NCBI GenBank assembly: GCA_015233495.1
Contig: JADFXQ010000011.1
Location: 1 to 43,458, forward strand
DNA length: 43,458 bases
DNA from: Candidatus Omnitrophota bacterium
GTDB taxonomy: Bacteria; Omnitrophota; Gorgyraeia; Zapsychrales; Zapsychraceae
Reading direction: 5' to 3'
Shown here: positions 27,823 to 37,298 of the stretch, one piece after another
Layout: the number at the start of each line of letters is the position of its first letter
How positions within the stretch are numbered: the stretch's first letter is position 1
Program-made: the position numbers and the translations under genes
Notes under the pieces: model-generated
The model's input: the letters and a program-made list of their open reading frames with translations, nothing else
The model's database searches: none
Told to the model about the DNA's origin: nothing

Positions 27823-29053
27823 TTGCAATAATTTTTACGCGTCGTGCGAACGGGTGTTTGATCCGTCTTTGCGGGGCAGGCCGGTGGTGGTCTTGTCCAA
27901 CAATGACGGGTGCGCGATTGCCCGGTCAGAGGAGGCCAAGGATTTGGGCATCAAGATGGGCCAGCCGTTTTTTGAATGGGAGCGGTTGGCCGCGCTCCAC
28001 GATATCCGGGTTTTTTCGTCGAATTTCGCGTTGTACGGCGATATGTCCCACCGGGTGATGACGATCCTGCGGGATTTCAGCCCCGATTTGGAAATCTATT
28101 CGATTGACGAGGCGTTTTTGTTGTTGAACGGCATGAATATCGACCATGAGAAATATGGCCGCGAGATTCGCCAACGGGTTTTGCAATGGACGGGTCTGCC
28201 GGTGTCCGTCGGGATTGCGCTGACCAAGACGCTCGCCAAGGTCGCCAACCATATTGCCAAGCGGCAAAAATTCCGCGGCGGCGTGAGTTGTTTGTTGGAC
28301 GCGGCGGTTTGTGACGCGGTTCTCGCGGAAACTCCGGTCCAGGATCTCTGGGGCATTGGCCGGCAGAAAATGAAATTGTTAAACAGTTATGGCATTATCA
28401 ATGCTTTGCAGTTAAAGGACGCGGATGATGTTTGGGTGAAAAAACATTTGTCCGTGATGACCCTGCGCACCGTGTATGAATTGCGCGGGATCAGCTGTGT
28501 CGGATTTGAGCAGATTCCGCCGGACAAAAAGACAATTGCCGCGACCCGGTCGTTTGGCACAGAGGTTTCGAGTTTTGAGGAATTGAACGAGAGTCTGGCC
28601 GCGTATACGGCGCGGGCCGCTGAGAAAATGCGGGAGCAGGACTGCGGCGCCGGGTCGATGCTGATTTTTGTCGAGACTAGTCCGTTTAAGGAGAATTATT
28701 ACGCGAACAGCGCCTCGATTGCGATCAATCCGGTCAGTGGGTACACGCCGGTTTTGATGAAATACGCCGCAGCCCTGCTTCGCCAAATTTATCGCGACGG
28801 TAAAATTTATAAACGGGCCGGCGTGATTCTGGGCGATTTTCAAAAAGCTGACAGCGGTTCTTACGAATTGTTCGCGGACACCCGCCGGGAGGCCCAGCGG
28901 GAAAAATTGATGGCAGCTTTAGACGGGCTCAACCGCCAAGAAAGACAAGTTGTGTTCGGCCAAGAAGGACTCGCCAAGCCGTGGTTTATGCGGCAGAGTC
29001 GTAAATCTCCGAGTTTTTCGACCCGGATTAGCGAGTGTTTGAAGGCCCGGTAA
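27773..29053 (+). CDS. umuC: Y-family polymerase UmuC
   Basis: [26 protein letters not shown] and a C-terminal WFMRQ..SP..TR. Confidence 0.92.
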   Translation: MLSSRLPRNPNIYALIDCNNFYASCERVFDPSLRGRPVVVLSNNDGCAIARSEEAKDLGIKMGQPFFEWERLAALHDIRVFSSNFALYGDMSHRVMTILRDFSPDLEIYSIDEAFLLLNGMNIDHEKYGREIRQRVLQWTGLPVSVGIALTKTLAKVANHIAKRQKFRGGVSCLLDAAVCDAVLAETPVQDLWGIGRQKMKLLNSYGIINALQLKDADDVWVKKHLSVMTLRTVYELRGISCVGFEQIPPDKKTIAATRSFGTEVSSFEELNESLAAYTARAAEKMREQDCGAGSMLIFVETSPFKENYYANSASIAINPVSGYTPVLMKYAAALLRQIYRDGKIYKRAGVILGDFQKADSGSYELFADTRREAQREKLMAALDGLNRQERQVVFGQEGLAKPWFMRQSRKSPSFSTRISECLKAR

Positions 29054-29142
29054 TTTTTTAAAATATCCGGGAAGGTTCCTGGGAAAGAATGGTATAAAGA
29101 AATCAAGAATTTTCCAGCCAAATTTCGCGCAAAGGAGCGATT

Positions 29143-30378
29143 ATGAACCGCGGCAAGAGCTTTTTGATTTCCGGAATAGGCCTTCTGTCGGCGATGTTTT
29201 TTTTGAAGCCGGCTCAGGCGGCGGGAGAATGGCTGCTGAAAAGCCAGCGGGCTGTGTTGGAAGAAAAAGGATTGACGCTCCGCGCCAAATCAATTGAGGA
29301 TTTTGTCAGTGTTTTGCACGGCGGGATCAGCCACAAAGATACCTGGAACGGTCTTTTGGATTTTGGGGTGAATTATGATTTTGGCAAATTGGGAATTATT
29401 CCCGGCGGCACATTTTTTTTCCGCGGCGCGGAAATTCACGGCAACCAAAGGCCGACCGTTGATCTGGTCGGTGACGCGCAAGGTGTGGATGGGTTTGAAG
29501 GGGCGCACGGGTTTCGGGTTTATGAAATGGGTTATGAGCAAAATTTACTGAAAGATAAATTGTCATTGCGCGCCGGGGTTTTGGATATCAACTCCGATTT
29601 CGCTTTCAGCGACATAGCATCGGTTTTATTTATGAACAGCGCTTTATGTATTACCCCGACTTTGGTTAATAATATTTCTACGCCAACCTATCCGATTACC
29701 GCGGCGGGGTTTCGGACAAAATATGCTATAACGGAAAATATCACATTTATGGCGGGCGTGTGGGACGGTGACGCGGGAACCAGCGAGGATAATAAACACA
29801 ACTTGCATATCAAATGGAAAAACAAAGACGGATTATTGTCGATCACCCAGACGGATTTTAAATATATTTTGCCCGGGGTCGGCGATAAATTGCCCGGCAC
29901 TTTTAAGCTGGGCGGTTGGTATGACAGCAAGAGTTTTAATGATGTGGTTAATACGGATGATAACGGCGACGCGGTACGGCACCACGGAAACTTCGGCGGA
30001 TATTTCATTTGGGATCAGATGCTCTGGCGGGAAAAAGATGATCAGGGGCTCAGTATGTTTTGGGAAATTGCCGGCGCGCCAAAAGACCGCAACACGGTCT
30101 CCCAGCATTTGGCCGGCGGGTTTACTTATACCGGACTTGTTCCCGGGCGTGACCAGGACCAATGCGGGATTGCGGTGACGAACGCCTATTTCAGTCATCA
30201 AAAAGCCCTGGCGAATGATTGGGACCGGGCGGAAGCGACTTGGGAAACTACCTACCGGGTTAAAGTTAACGAAAGTGTTTCGGTCGCTCCGGATTTTGAA
30301 TACGTTGATCGTCCGAGCGGCGACCGGACTAAAAAGAACGCCAGCGTTTTTATGATCCGTACCATGATTGTTTACTAA
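29143..30378 (+). CDS. OprB-family carbohydrate porin
   Basis: Signal peptide; VGDAQGV; LSLRAG; GLVPGRDQDQCG; terminal aromatic residue. Confidence 0.85.
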   Translation: MNRGKSFLISGIGLLSAMFFLKPAQAAGEWLLKSQRAVLEEKGLTLRAKSIEDFVSVLHGGISHKDTWNGLLDFGVNYDFGKLGIIPGGTFFFRGAEIHGNQRPTVDLVGDAQGVDGFEGAHGFRVYEMGYEQNLLKDKLSLRAGVLDINSDFAFSDIASVLFMNSALCITPTLVNNISTPTYPITAAGFRTKYAITENITFMAGVWDGDAGTSEDNKHNLHIKWKNKDGLLSITQTDFKYILPGVGDKLPGTFKLGGWYDSKSFNDVVNTDDNGDAVRHHGNFGGYFIWDQMLWREKDDQGLSMFWEIAGAPKDRNTVSQHLAGGFTYTGLVPGRDQDQCGIAVTNAYFSHQKALANDWDRAEATWETTYRVKVNESVSVAPDFEYVDRPSGDRTKKNASVFMIRTMIVY

Positions 30379-30508
30379 ACTGCAGTGATCAGGTGGGACG
30401 GTTACAGAATGCCCAGATGGGTGGTTTTGCTGACTGAGCACTGTGTTTCATCCCCGTTTTGCTCCGCCATGTTTGACAGGGGTGTGCCGCGGCTGGAAGG
30501 TTAACGCG

Positions 30509-30557
30509 ATCTCTGGCAAGAAGGAGTTTACTTCTGCCGGAGATTTTTTGGTATAAT
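30509..30557 (+). promoter_or_regulatory. Hairpin with T-run adjoining an extended -10
   Basis: ATCTCTGGCAAGAAG..CTTCTGCCGGAGAT-TTTTT followed by GGTATAAT. Confidence 0.45.
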
Positions 30558-30575
30558 AGATCCAGGGAGATAGAG

Positions 30576-31634
30576 ATGAATAGCTTAACTGGATTAAGCG
30601 GCTTACTGCGAGAGATATGGGTCACCTTCGACGGCGCGGCGTTTTATATTTTGCTCGGCATCGTTGTCGCCGGCCTGATCCAGACTTTTGTCGACAGTGA
30701 ACAATTGGCCCGGCGTTTAGGCAAGCCGGGGTTGCGCTCGGTTTTGCTCGCCGCTTTATTCGGGATACCTTTGCCGCTTTGTTCTTGCGGCGTGATTCCC
30801 ACGGCGATTTCCCTGCGCAAAAACGGCGCTTCCAAGGGCGCGGTGCTGTCTTTTTTAATCTCCACTCCGGAGTCAGGGTTGAATTCGATCGCGATGTCTT
30901 ACGCAATGCTGGATCCGCTCTTAACCATATTTCGTCCGATATCGGCGTTGTTGACCGCGGTTGTGGCTGGCGTAGCGGAAAATATTTTCGGGCAGAAGGA
31001 AGCCGCCGCGCCGCCGCCCTCCGGGGTTTGTCCGCGTTGTCATACCCTAGGCCCGCTCAGTCATGTGCAGGCGCGTTTAGGTCCGCGTTTGCTCGAAGGC
31101 ATGAAATACGCTTTTGTTGATTTGTTAGGCGATCTCGCCGGATGGTTGGCGATTGGAATTATTGTGGGTGGGATGATCTCCTATTGGACGCCGCCGAATT
31201 TCGCGGAGCACTTTTTGGGATCGGATTTTAAAGCCATGTTGGTCATGCTGGCGGTGGGCATTCCGCTTTATATCTGCGCCAGCGCTTCGACGCCGGTGGC
31301 GGCCGCCTTAATCGCCAAAGGCATGAGTCCGGGCGTCGCTTTGGTTTTTTTGTTGGCAGGTCCGGCAACAAATCTGGCCGGTATTTTAGCCGTCGGTAAA
31401 TTTTTGGGGAAACGATCGGCAGTTATTTATCTTTTGTCAATAGCGGTCTGCGCGGTGCTTTTAGGCCTGGCGCTCAACGGCATTTACGCTGTCTGGCATA
31501 TCAATATCCAAACCGTTGTCGGTCACGCCCATGATATGCTGCCGCCCGCGGTCAGCGCGGCCGCTTCCGTGATTTTGCTGTTGTCGATGATTTACGCTTT
31601 ATGGAAACCTAAAATCAAAAGCGTTTTGGTTTGA
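30576..31634 (+). CDS. DUF318/ArsP-family permease (SO_0444-like metal efflux)
   Basis: GIPLPLCSCGVIP, FLISTPE, YICASASTP and LAGPATN; CPRCH loop. Confidence 0.88.
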   Translation: MNSLTGLSGLLREIWVTFDGAAFYILLGIVVAGLIQTFVDSEQLARRLGKPGLRSVLLAALFGIPLPLCSCGVIPTAISLRKNGASKGAVLSFLISTPESGLNSIAMSYAMLDPLLTIFRPISALLTAVVAGVAENIFGQKEAAAPPPSGVCPRCHTLGPLSHVQARLGPRLLEGMKYAFVDLLGDLAGWLAIGIIVGGMISYWTPPNFAEHFLGSDFKAMLVMLAVGIPLYICASASTPVAAALIAKGMSPGVALVFLLAGPATNLAGILAVGKFLGKRSAVIYLLSIAVCAVLLGLALNGIYAVWHINIQTVVGHAHDMLPPAVSAAASVILLLSMIYALWKPKIKSVLV

Positions 31635-31712
31635 CAAAATGGTTTTTTTTATCATAAATAAGAGAGGTTCATGGCTGGAAATTCGTCGTGATAATGAAAG
31701 GATTGATCCGCA

Positions 31713-32105
31713 ATGTGGAAAGTTTTGCTTGTTGATGATCATGAAGCTAACCGAAAATTGATCGTCGAGATATTATCCGGTTTAGCAGTTTGCGATGAGG
31801 CGCGTAATGGGTTTGAAGCTTTTCGGCTTTTCATGAAAAGCGTGGAAAATGAAAGATACGATATTGTGTTGTTAGATATCGCGATGCCCCAGATGGACGG
31901 CATAACCTTATTGCGCTTAATCCGCGAACAGGAAACTAAATTAAAAACCCTGCCCAAAATTCATACGCCCGTGGTAATCATCACTGCGCATCACGATTGG
32001 GTGCAGAGAAGTCTTTACGCGGGAAGCGACGATTTTTTGATCAAACCGATATCTCCGGAACTTTTGATTGAAAAGATCACGCAGTTAACCGCCAAAAGCG
32101 CTTAG
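31713..32105 (+). CDS. Single-domain response regulator
   Basis: LLVDD, LLDIAMPQMDG, ITA and FLIKP. Confidence 0.92.
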   Translation: MWKVLLVDDHEANRKLIVEILSGLAVCDEARNGFEAFRLFMKSVENERYDIVLLDIAMPQMDGITLLRLIREQETKLKTLPKIHTPVVIITAHHDWVQRSLYAGSDDFLIKPISPELLIEKITQLTAKSA

Positions 32106-32118
32106 CGAGAATTATATT

Positions 32119-32475
32119 ATGGCCATCAATGCCGCGCGGTTGCAAAGCGTCTTGGGTATCCATTTCGATTCTATTTTAAACGAATTATCTTTACCCGCCG
32201 GAATTTATGAGAAGATCCTAAAAATTTCTATCCGCACTACGGAAGAATCATTCCCCCAATTTTCTTTAGCTTTAATGAACCAAAATCGAGACGCAATTGC
32301 GGAAATTGTCCACGACTATAAAGGAGTGTTCGCCAATCTGCGGATCACGCCGTTGAGTCTAATTGGCGGCCAAATGATGCGTCTTGTTTCCAGCGGAGCC
32401 CCGCTCTCAGAACTCAGCGATTTATTGGATACATTCAAAGAAAAATTTGCGGCGCTTAAAACTGCCATTGAGTAA
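32119..32475 (+). CDS. Hpt domain protein
   Basis: VHDYKGVFANL His motif; follows the response regulator. Confidence 0.75.
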   Translation: MAINAARLQSVLGIHFDSILNELSLPAGIYEKILKISIRTTEESFPQFSLALMNQNRDAIAEIVHDYKGVFANLRITPLSLIGGQMMRLVSSGAPLSELSDLLDTFKEKFAALKTAIE

Positions 32476-32565
32476 TTAGTAATTCGTTTTTACTTCCCGC
32501 GAAAGAAGCTTGACAGTCGGTTATACTTAAGTATATTAGTATCAACTAGATAAAACCCTATTGCA

Positions 32566-34515
32566 ATGCCTATGGAAGCTACCTTGGAATCAGCGCAGGA
32601 ACGGACGGGTCTGATAACGCCCGAGGATACGCGCCTGTTTAAAGCCGGCCGTCATACGCGGCTTTATGAAAAATTAGGGTCGCATATCATTCATGCCGGC
32701 GGTGCCGCGGGAACCAATTTCGCGGTCTGGGCGCCGCATTGCCGGCAGGTTTCCGTAATAGGGGATTTCAACGGCTGGGACCGGGCCGCGCATATTTTGA
32801 AACCGCGTTCGGATGGCTCGGGGGTCTGGGAGGGTTTTATTCCGGATGTGCGTCAGGGGGCTTTGTATAAATATCATATAGTTTCGGCGGTTAATAATTA
32901 TCAGGCGGATAAACGCGATCCTTTTTCGTTTCACTGCGAAGTGCCGCCCAGCCGGGCCTCGGTGGTTTGGGATTTGAGTTACGCGTGGAAAGACGGGCAA
33001 TGGATGCGCCGGAGGTTGTTAAAAAATAACCGCCGGTCGCCGCTGTCCATTTATGAAATGCATTTTGGTTCTTGGCGCCGCGATCCTAAAAATCCGCATC
33101 GTTTTATTTCCTATGACGAGATGGCTTTAGACTTGATCCGTTATCTTAAGGACATGGCTTTTACCCACGTCGAGTTTTTGCCGTTGACCGCGCATCCGTT
33201 GTATGAATCTTGGGGGTATCAGACGGACGGTTATTTCGCCCCGACTTCCCGTTACGGCACGCCGCAGCAGCTCATGGCGTTGATTGATTTGCTGCATCAA
33301 AATGGGATCGGGGTGATATTGGATTGGGTGCCGTCGCATTTTCCGACGGACCGCCATGGTTTGGCCTATTTTGACGGGACGCATCTTTTTGAGCACGCGG
33401 ATCCGCGGCAGGGTTTTCATCCGGAGTGGAAAAGCAGTATTTTCAATTATGGCCGGCATGAGGTCAAAGATTTTCTGATCAGCAGCGCTTTGTTTTGGTT
33501 GGATCAGTATCATATTGACGGGTTGCGCGTCGACGGCGGATCATCGATGTTATATTTGGATTACGCACGCAAACGCGGTGAATGGGTGCCGAATAAATAC
33601 GGCGGCCGCGAAAATTTGGAAGCCGTGGATTTTTTAAGACAGTTGAACGAAACCATCCGCGCCAAATATCCTGACACCCAGATCATGGTTGAGGAGGCTA
33701 CGTCTTGGCCAAAAGTTTCCCGGCCGGTCGCGGACGACGGGCTCGGGTTTGGAATGAAATGGGACATGGGATGGATGCATGACACGCTGAAATATTTTGC
33801 TTTGGACCCTTCCCGGCGGCAGCACGGTCATAACCATTTGACGTTCAGCATATGGTATTTTTATTCGGAGAATTTTCTTTTGCCTTTGTCGCACGATGAG
33901 GTGGTGCACGGCAAGGGTTCGCTTATCCGGAAAATGCCGGGTGATGATTGGCAGAAATTCGCGAATTTGCGTTTGCTTTTTGCTTATATGTTCGGTCATC
34001 CGGGTAAAAAGTTAATTTTTATGGGCGGCGAAATCGGGCAATGGGCAGAATGGAATCCGCATAAGAGTATTGATTGGCATTTGCTCGAGCACAGCCGGCA
34101 CGAGGGACTGCGGCGGCTGGTGAGAGATTTGAACCGGGTTTACCGGGATCATCCCGCCTTGTATGAAAATGATTTTATGCCGGAAGGGTTTGAGTGGGTG
34201 GACCTTAATGATGCCCGGCAGAGCGTGATTTGTTTTTTGCGTAAAGGCCGGACTGCGGATGATACGGTTTTTGTTGTCGGTAATTTTACGCCGGTGACGC
34301 GGCCGCATTATCGCGTCGGCATCCCGGCGGACGGTTATTGGCAGGAGATCCTTAACAGCGACGCCCAGGAATACGGCGGCGCGGGAGTCGGGAATTATGG
34401 CGGCGTCACTGCCCAGCCGTTTCCCTGGCACGGCCGGCCGTTTTCCTTATCCCTCACTCTCCCGCCCTTGGCAGTCCTCTTTTTCCGACGGAAAAAAGAA
34501 GAAATTCATGCGTAA
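32566..34515 (+). CDS. glgB: 1,4-alpha-glucan branching enzyme
   Basis: FAVWAP, YEMHFGSW, SWGYQ, DWVPSHF, DGLRVD, LSHDEVVHGKGS and LNSD. Confidence 0.96.
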   Translation: MPMEATLESAQERTGLITPEDTRLFKAGRHTRLYEKLGSHIIHAGGAAGTNFAVWAPHCRQVSVIGDFNGWDRAAHILKPRSDGSGVWEGFIPDVRQGALYKYHIVSAVNNYQADKRDPFSFHCEVPPSRASVVWDLSYAWKDGQWMRRRLLKNNRRSPLSIYEMHFGSWRRDPKNPHRFISYDEMALDLIRYLKDMAFTHVEFLPLTAHPLYESWGYQTDGYFAPTSRYGTPQQLMALIDLLHQNGIGVILDWVPSHFPTDRHGLAYFDGTHLFEHADPRQGFHPEWKSSIFNYGRHEVKDFLISSALFWLDQYHIDGLRVDGGSSMLYLDYARKRGEWVPNKYGGRENLEAVDFLRQLNETIRAKYPDTQIMVEEATSWPKVSRPVADDGLGFGMKWDMGWMHDTLKYFALDPSRRQHGHNHLTFSIWYFYSENFLLPLSHDEVVHGKGSLIRKMPGDDWQKFANLRLLFAYMFGHPGKKLIFMGGEIGQWAEWNPHKSIDWHLLEHSRHEGLRRLVRDLNRVYRDHPALYENDFMPEGFEWVDLNDARQSVICFLRKGRTADDTVFVVGNFTPVTRPHYRVGIPADGYWQEILNSDAQEYGGAGVGNYGGVTAQPFPWHGRPFSLSLTLPPLAVLFFRRKKEEIHA

Positions 34516-34769
34516 TGTGCCGCGCAGACTGTTTCCGCAAATTTTTTTGTCGCACTGAGCTTCATCCCCCGCGTCTCAAGACGCGGGAGACCGCTGTTTT
34601 TTCGCGGAACAGCGACCGCGCCTAACTCGCACCGCTGCATCGCTACGCGATGCAGCGGCACTCAAACAGAGGCGCGGATGGAAATTTTTGTCGCTGTTCC
34701 GCGAAAAAACAGCTTTTGCTCAAAGCGACAAAAAAATTCACGGAAACAGTCTGCGCGGCACATTACGCA
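34509..34769. mobile_element. 261-bp foldback (MITE/REPIN-like) element
   Basis: 29-bp perfect terminal IR, a 24-bp perfect internal IR and two nested hairpins. Confidence 0.75.
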
Positions 34770-34787
34770 ACGATGAGGGGCGAGAGA

Positions 34788-36578
34788 ATGAAAACTTTTC
34801 TATCTTTCATGTTAGCCGCGCTTTGTTTTGTTGTTTTCTTCCAGGTCCGCGAGAACGCGTTTCTTTCCTTGGATGATGATCTGTATGTTTCGGAAAATCC
34901 ATATATCCGCGACGGGTTGACGGTTAATGGTTTACGTTGGGCGTTTACGGCGGGGCTTCTGCATACTTCGAAGCATACGGATTATTGGCAGCCGTTTACT
35001 TTTATTTCGCGGATGCTGGATTTTCAATTTGTGGGCGGCAAAGCGGCTGGGCATCATTGCGTTAATCTGGTTTTGCATATCCTGAATGTTCTGTTGTTAT
35101 TTTTTTTGTTGCAGCGATCCACCGGGCGGTTGTGGCCCAGTTTTGCCGCGGCCTGCCTGTTCGGCGTTCATCCGTTGGCGGTGGAGCCCGTGTCATGGGT
35201 GACGGCGCGCAAGGATGTTTTGGGTTGGTTTTTTGGATTGTTGTGTTTGCACGCTTATCTGTCGTATCGACGATCATCTGGCGGGAAATGGTACGCGGGA
35301 TGTCTGGCCGCTTTTGTGGCCGCTTTGTTGTCTAAGCCGGCGATGATTGTTTTGCCGGGGTATTTGGTGATTGTGGAGTTTTGGGTGTTAAGGCCCCCAC
35401 TCCTCCCCGCCCCCTTACCCAACATCACGAGGGGGGAGGGAGTAAGCCGGGTGATTCCGTTTTGTTTGATCGCTTTGCTTTACGCGGGAATTCCGTTTAT
35501 CAGTCAGCGGGATGTGTTTCCTTATAAGAGCGGGGTTGAAATTGTGTCGCACGTGTTTGACCGGTATTTCTTTTTTTTGCAAAAGTTTTTTTGGCCGGCG
35601 CATTTATGGATTTATGGCGGAATGGTTATGCCGGTATTTAATCCCTTTATTCTCACGGCAAAAATTTTTTCGCTGGCTGGAATCAGCATCCTGGCTTATC
35701 GAATGCGGCAAAGATTTCCTTTTTTATTGGCCGGCTGGCTTTGGTTTGTGGTTGGCCTTATTCCGGTCGCGGGATTAGAATGGCCGGCGGACCGGTTTAT
35801 GTATGTCCCGATGGTTGGGTTGATTGTGATGGTTGTCTGGTCAGGCGCCGAGTGGCAGAGAGGTTGGCCAAAACCGGCAGGGGTTTGGGTGGCGACGATT
35901 AGTGTCTTGATCGCGGTTTGTGCCGGGCTGTCCTTTCAGCAAGGTCGTTTTTGGCGGGATTCCCCAACGCTTTTTGCCCATGCTTTGGCAATGTATCCGG
36001 ACAATTACTGGGCGCATAATTCTTTAGGCGTGACTTTGACGGGCGCGAATAAATTAGACGAGGCGAAGCGGCATTTTCAAAGGGCGATTGAACTGCGGCC
36101 GAACGATGCCAAACAATTGACCAATATGGCTTCGTTGTTGATTAAACAGGGCCAATATGAGCCGGCATATCCCTACGCGAAAAAAGGATATGAGCTCGAT
36201 CCTTTTTTTCCGGCGGCGATCAATAATCTGGCTTTGGTTTTTGAGCGCCGCGGGAATATGGAAGACGCGGTTTGTTTATATTTGAAAGGCTTAGCCAACA
36301 ATCCGCAAGATCCGACTTTGCGGGAGAACTTCGCGAATTTTTTAAAAAATGCCGGACAGAACGGCCCGCGCCAGGACGGTGTTTACACGCGGCATTATCA
36401 AAACAAAGCGGTATCGCAAGAAGTGAAGTTTGTTCAGGGAAAGATGGAAGGATTCTACCGGGTATATTTGCCGGATGGAGATTTAGTGCTCGAGCAAGAA
36501 TATAAAAATGGGATTCCGGTTGGCAAGCCCAAGCGGTATTATCAAAAAAAAGTGTTGGGGGATTATGTCCCGCAATAA
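34788..36578 (+). CDS. Multi-TM glycosyltransferase-like (TMTC/PMT-type) protein with TPRs and MORN-like tail
   Basis: LDDDLYV, YWQP, HPLAVEPVSWVTARKDVL, LLSKP and ADRFMY; TPR repeats; EGFYRVY..G..EYKNG. Confidence 0.85.
   Translation: MKTFLSFMLAALCFVVFFQVRENAFLSLDDDLYVSENPYIRDGLTVNGLRWAFTAGLLHTSKHTDYWQPFTFISRMLDFQFVGGKAAGHHCVNLVLHILNVLLLFFLLQRSTGRLWPSFAAACLFGVHPLAVEPVSWVTARKDVLGWFFGLLCLHAYLSYRRSSGGKWYAGCLAAFVAALLSKPAMIVLPGYLVIVEFWVLRPPLLPAPLPNITRGEGVSRVIPFCLIALLYAGIPFISQRDVFPYKSGVEIVSHVFDRYFFFLQKFFWPAHLWIYGGMVMPVFNPFILTAKIFSLAGISILAYRMRQRFPFLLAGWLWFVVGLIPVAGLEWPADRFMYVPMVGLIVMVVWSGAEWQRGWPKPAGVWVATISVLIAVCAGLSFQQGRFWRDSPTLFAHALAMYPDNYWAHNSLGVTLTGANKLDEAKRHFQRAIELRPNDAKQLTNMASLLIKQGQYEPAYPYAKKGYELDPFFPAAINNLALVFERRGNMEDAVCLYLKGLANNPQDPTLRENFANFLKNAGQNGPRQDGVYTRHYQNKAVSQEVKFVQGKMEGFYRVYLPDGDLVLEQEYKNGIPVGKPKRYYQKKVLGDYVPQ
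35394..35443. repeat. C-rich/G-rich palindrome inside a coding region
   Basis: ACTCCTCCCC...GGGGAGGGAGT, translated PPLLPAPLPNITRGEGV. Confidence 0.5.
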
Positions 36579-36599
36579 ATTGTGCCGGTCACAATTTAT
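36575..36599. repeat. REP-like palindrome
   Basis: ATAAATTGTG-CCGGT-CACAATTTAT, overlapping a stop codon. Confidence 0.6.
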
Positions 36600-36641
36600 C
36601 GTTGGTTGCGCAGTGTCTCAACGCTATAAAGGAGATTGCTT

Positions 36642-37232
36642 ATGCTGAGAAAGATGTTTTCACTCTCGGGATTTTGGCTTGTTCGGCGGACAGTGATGCT
36701 GCTGATTCTTGGATTTTTAGTGTTACTTATAGCGCCTGGGGTTCAGGCGGCCACGCATCACATTGGGGATGCCATCGAAGATGCCGTGGGATACTTAAAC
36801 CAAGGCAAGGCGCATATTGAAGGCGGCCGTTATGATCAGGCGATTTCCGTTCTCAACTATGCTTTATCGATAAATCCGGTTTCCGCGCCGATTTATCTGC
36901 AAAGAGGCATCGCTTATTTAAAAAAAAATCAATATGATCAAGCGATTGAAAATTTTGATAAGGCCATCCATTATAAATCGGACGATCCCCAGGTCTATTT
37001 ACGGCGCGGCGAGGCCTATTTCCTGAAAGGCGATTTTGATTCCGCGATCTTAGACTACACCAAAGTTACCCAACTGGTCCCGGATCAAGGAGAGGCTTAT
37101 ATCAAATTGATTTCTACCTATTTGAAGAAAAAAGATCTGCTCCAAGCTCGGGTAGCCGCGAAAAAAGCGGCGGAACATAACATAACTTTGCCGGATGATA
37201 TCAAAGCAGCGTTGAAGAAAAAAGAGGCTTAA
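36642..37232 (+). CDS. Exported TPR protein
   Basis: Hydrophobic N-terminus ending VQA; canonical TPRs (RGIAY..QYDQAI..FDKAI). Confidence 0.88.
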   Translation: MLRKMFSLSGFWLVRRTVMLLILGFLVLLIAPGVQAATHHIGDAIEDAVGYLNQGKAHIEGGRYDQAISVLNYALSINPVSAPIYLQRGIAYLKKNQYDQAIENFDKAIHYKSDDPQVYLRRGEAYFLKGDFDSAILDYTKVTQLVPDQGEAYIKLISTYLKKKDLLQARVAAKKAAEHNITLPDDIKAALKKKEA

Positions 37233-37298
37233 AAGAAAGCGTTTTCCCGAAATCTTCCCGGACACCTTGTCATCTCCCTCCTATCGGATATACTTAAA

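Noticed and set aside
34650..34787. N-terminal extension of the TPR glycosyltransferase ORF
   Set aside because: It is read through the foldback element; the ATG at 34788 fits the family better.
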